64,000 nucleotides of DNA, from NCBI GenBank assembly GCA_965644295.1, contig CBFFRP010000413.1:1-64000 (forward strand). Direction: 5' to 3'. The position numbers and the translations under genes are program-made. Positions 61,432 to 64,000 of the stretch are shown here, in pieces. The first letter of the stretch is position 1. Each line of letters opens with the position of its first letter. The DNA is from Paraphysomonas bandaiensis (Eukaryota > Protista > Chrysophyceae). A model generated the notes under the pieces. That model was not told where the DNA came from and did not search any database. It saw only the letters and a program-made list of their open reading frames with translations.

Positions 61432-61824
61432 GCACTCATTACAATATCATATATATTATTATACTGCGACTTCCTACTGACTTCTTCCCTCTTTATTTCT
61501 TTTGTTATTGTTCGTTTTGTCAAAAAGGTTGAATGACGAAGTTAAAATGAATTCATACATATATTGAAGGTCACATCCAAAAATTATCAATCTTATACTG
61601 ATCGCGAGAAATTACATTTTGATCAACTGTAGTACATGACTTAATGATATGATATGAACTATATCAGTAAACCTGGAATATATTGACCGTATAAATTTGT
61701 GACTATGATTTAATAATACTTCTTGGTAGTATTGACAGCATTGATTTAGCAAATATAGATATAATTAATCAGGGTGCCGAAGGAAAAAAAGCAACTGCAC
61801 AACAATGAAATTCGTAGATAAATG

Positions 61825-62028
61825 AGACTCAAAAATCCTGAAGTCAGCAGATGTCAGGTATATCAACATTCTGCTTTTTCACTGCGTTTGCTTTGAGTGG
61901 TAGAGAAAAAGTGGCTGTATCTTGGTGCTTGCGGTGACGCACAAGCAGCTTTCGTAGTGTGAAATAGCAGAATATCAGAAAAGTGAAGCACTTACTCTAA
62001 AACGCCTATTGCTAATAATAAGACATTC
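61825..62028 (+). mobile_element. SINE-like 3' portion whose tail abuts the second copia LTR
   Basis: GACTCAAAAATCCTGAAGTCAGC...GCTAATAATAAGACATTC followed by TGTTGAGA. Confidence 0.85.
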
Positions 62029-64000
62029 TGTTGAGATCTGAAGATTCTATATACTTGCAATTGAGTGCAGTATTATGTGAGATGCAAGGATCGAAAGATA
62101 TATATGTAATTAGTACATTATATTATGTAGTATGAAACTGAAGTAGAAGTGGATGACTATACAGGATACGATCACTGAGTGGGTGGTTTGTACACTATAG
62201 TAGTAAATGAATGGTGTTGAACACATCGAACACAACTTAGGTTCTTTATCATGTAATGTTTATAATTTCATCTTATCAGTTGAGAATAGTAAACCTTAGC
62301 AAATAATGTCAACTTCTGTTATGGTAGCGGATGGTAGTTGTAGGGATGGGGAAGATGACAAGAAGCTACGGTTTGACAAGAACCAAGCAGACTATTCAGC
62401 GAGAAAAATCAAGATGCATCTAATGAAGAAAAACCGAAACCATCTTGGCTTGGAGGACCCGCCAGCCGGAGGAAGGAATTTAGAGTCATGGAGAGAGCGT
62501 AATGATACCTGTGTTAGTACTATTTGGGAGGCTTGCGAGCATGACCCTGATGTGTTGGAGGTAGCCAATCAATATTTGGAGGGGAAGGCAATTTTACCTG
62601 CTGATGATCCTGCTAAGGAGGTGTTATCCAGTGAGCTCCTTCAGACACTGGTTGATAGGTTCAGAGGCGAGATTGGGACTGTATTGGAGAAGACTACGGC
62701 AGAATACCATTCGTTCAAAATAAGGCCGGGGGAAAAGGTGTCTGTTGGGGTAGATCGACTGAACGGTATAATCCAGAAGCTCATAAAATTGGGACAACCG
62801 CAGACAGAGGCAAGTAAATTAGCAAAGATAAAAGCAGCGCTGCAGATAGAGGAATTACATGATTTATGGATGTCGGTAGCGATGATGCCTAAAGCAACAA
62901 CTACATTTGATTCGGTGAAAGAGGCTTGTGAAGAGTATGACGAGGCTATGACGCAGCTGAAGAAACTAAAGGGAGACAAATCTGAAGAGATCAATTTTAC
63001 GGCGTCGAAGGAGCCAGTGGTTTGTTCATTTTGTCGGAAGAAGGGACATGTAGCAGCGAATTGTTATGCTAAGGAACGACAAAGAAAAATGGATAAGTTC
63101 AAAAGAAAAGGGAAGACAAAGGAAAAGGCTTCGAAGAGTGTGCAGCAGCCAGGATCAAAGGATTATACTGGTTGTCATATCTGTGGAGATTTTAGTCATA
63201 AAGCCCGACAGTGCAAGTCGAAAAAACGGAAGAACATAAAAAACCCGGATAATGAGAATCCTCGAAAATCGAACAGGAAATTCGAGACAGAATGGAAGAA
63301 ATACGTCAACGACGGAGAGTCGTCGGATGATGAAGCGAATATGTTTGGAGAAGAGGTTTTGCTATCGGTGGATACGTCGGAAGAACCTCGTGTATATCTG
63401 GACAGTTGTGCAAGTAAAAGACTGTTTATAGTAAAGGATAAAATTGCACTGGAGTCATTTACTCCTGAGTTTGGGGCAATCCAACTAACTAGAAAGGGTT
63501 CTCAATTGGAGACACAGGGGGCTGGTACATTCGGGGAATGGAGAGACATCAGAGTTAGTGAAGAAGCGGTGAAGAACATTGTGTCAGGAGGGATGCTGAG
63601 ATCAATGGGATACGGATTCCAACTGCTTCGAAAGCCTAAAATCGTGGAATTGGACTCTGGAAACGAGGTGTTGACTGGAGAGTACGATGAGCATGGAGGG
63701 ATGCCGTATGTGGACTTGATGGAGGTGTTAAATCTGCCAAATGTGTCTATGTGCAATCAGATGGAGGAGGTAAATTTGTCGGATAATACAGGACAAGATG
63801 CGTTGGATCGCTTACATGAGCGTACTGGACATGTCTCGAAATCGAAGTTATTAGAAGCTCACCGACACATGTTATTCAGAGGATCAGGACTACAACGACA
63901 TCACCTTTCGAAGGCAAAGGAGAAGAGTTGCAAGAAACCCCTGTGTAAATGGTGTGCCAAGGCGAAGATAACCAGGCATTCGTTCAAATCACGGGACAAC
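62029..64000 (+). mobile_element. Second Ty1/copia element (5' LTR about 62029-62321, PBS TGGTAGCGG), truncated by the window end
   Basis: TGTTGA start, AT-rich LTR-like stretch, PBS at 62322 and an open gag-pol frame. Confidence 0.85.
62321..64000 (+). CDS. Copia Gag-PR-pre-integrase (open to the window end, so absent from the ORF track)
   Basis: MVADGSCRDG...; knuckles CSFCRKKGHVAANC and CHICGDFSHKARQC; protease YLDSCAS; LHERTGH..CKWCAKAK. An in-frame ATG also occurs at 62306. Confidence 0.9.
   Translation, partial: MVADGSCRDGEDDKKLRFDKNQADYSARKIKMHLMKKNRNHLGLEDPPAGGRNLESWRERNDTCVSTIWEACEHDPDVLEVANQYLEGKAILPADDPAKEVLSSELLQTLVDRFRGEIGTVLEKTTAEYHSFKIRPGEKVSVGVDRLNGIIQKLIKLGQPQTEASKLAKIKAALQIEELHDLWMSVAMMPKATTTFDSVKEACEEYDEAMTQLKKLKGDKSEEINFTASKEPVVCSFCRKKGHVAANCYAKERQRKMDKFKRKGKTKEKASKSVQQPGSKDYTGCHICGDFSHKARQCKSKKRKNIKNPDNENPRKSNRKFETEWKKYVNDGESSDDEANMFGEEVLLSVDTSEEPRVYLDSCASKRLFIVKDKIALESFTPEFGAIQLTRKGSQLETQGAGTFGEWRDIRVSEEAVKNIVSGGMLRSMGYGFQLLRKPKIVELDSGNEVLTGEYDEHGGMPYVDLMEVLNLPNVSMCNQMEEVNLSDNTGQDALDRLHERTGHVSKSKLLEAHRHMLFRGSGLQRHHLSKAKEKSCKKPLCKWCAKAKITRHSFKSRDN

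Overview
AT-rich eukaryotic genomic DNA with short spliceosomal introns, probably from a stramenopile-like protist (inference from gene and TE types). Host genes: an HMT1/ABCB6/ATM1-type ABC half-transporter (15 exons, one GC-AG intron, and an unusual CxxC-CxxC zinc-ribbon insert between TMD and NBD); cytoplasmic dynein-1 heavy chain; ZMAT2/SNU23; a WW-domain membrane protein divergent from a TAF8-like gene; a SHAQKYF-class Myb protein; and a thioredoxin-fold protein divergent from an RRM-3xCCCH protein. The intergenic space holds nested transposons: hAT derivatives, GG-ended TIR elements, LINE relics and about 8 copies of a modular SINE-like retroposon. The strongest signal is a young, intact Ty1/copia element with identical 265-bp LTRs, a GAAAG TSD, non-canonical TA...TT termini, a PBS abutting the ATG and an extra domain after integrase. 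It is inserted into the SINE-like family, and a second, different copia begins at the 3' tail of another copy of that family, which hints at targeted integration. Intron and TE boundaries were read by eye; no searches were run.
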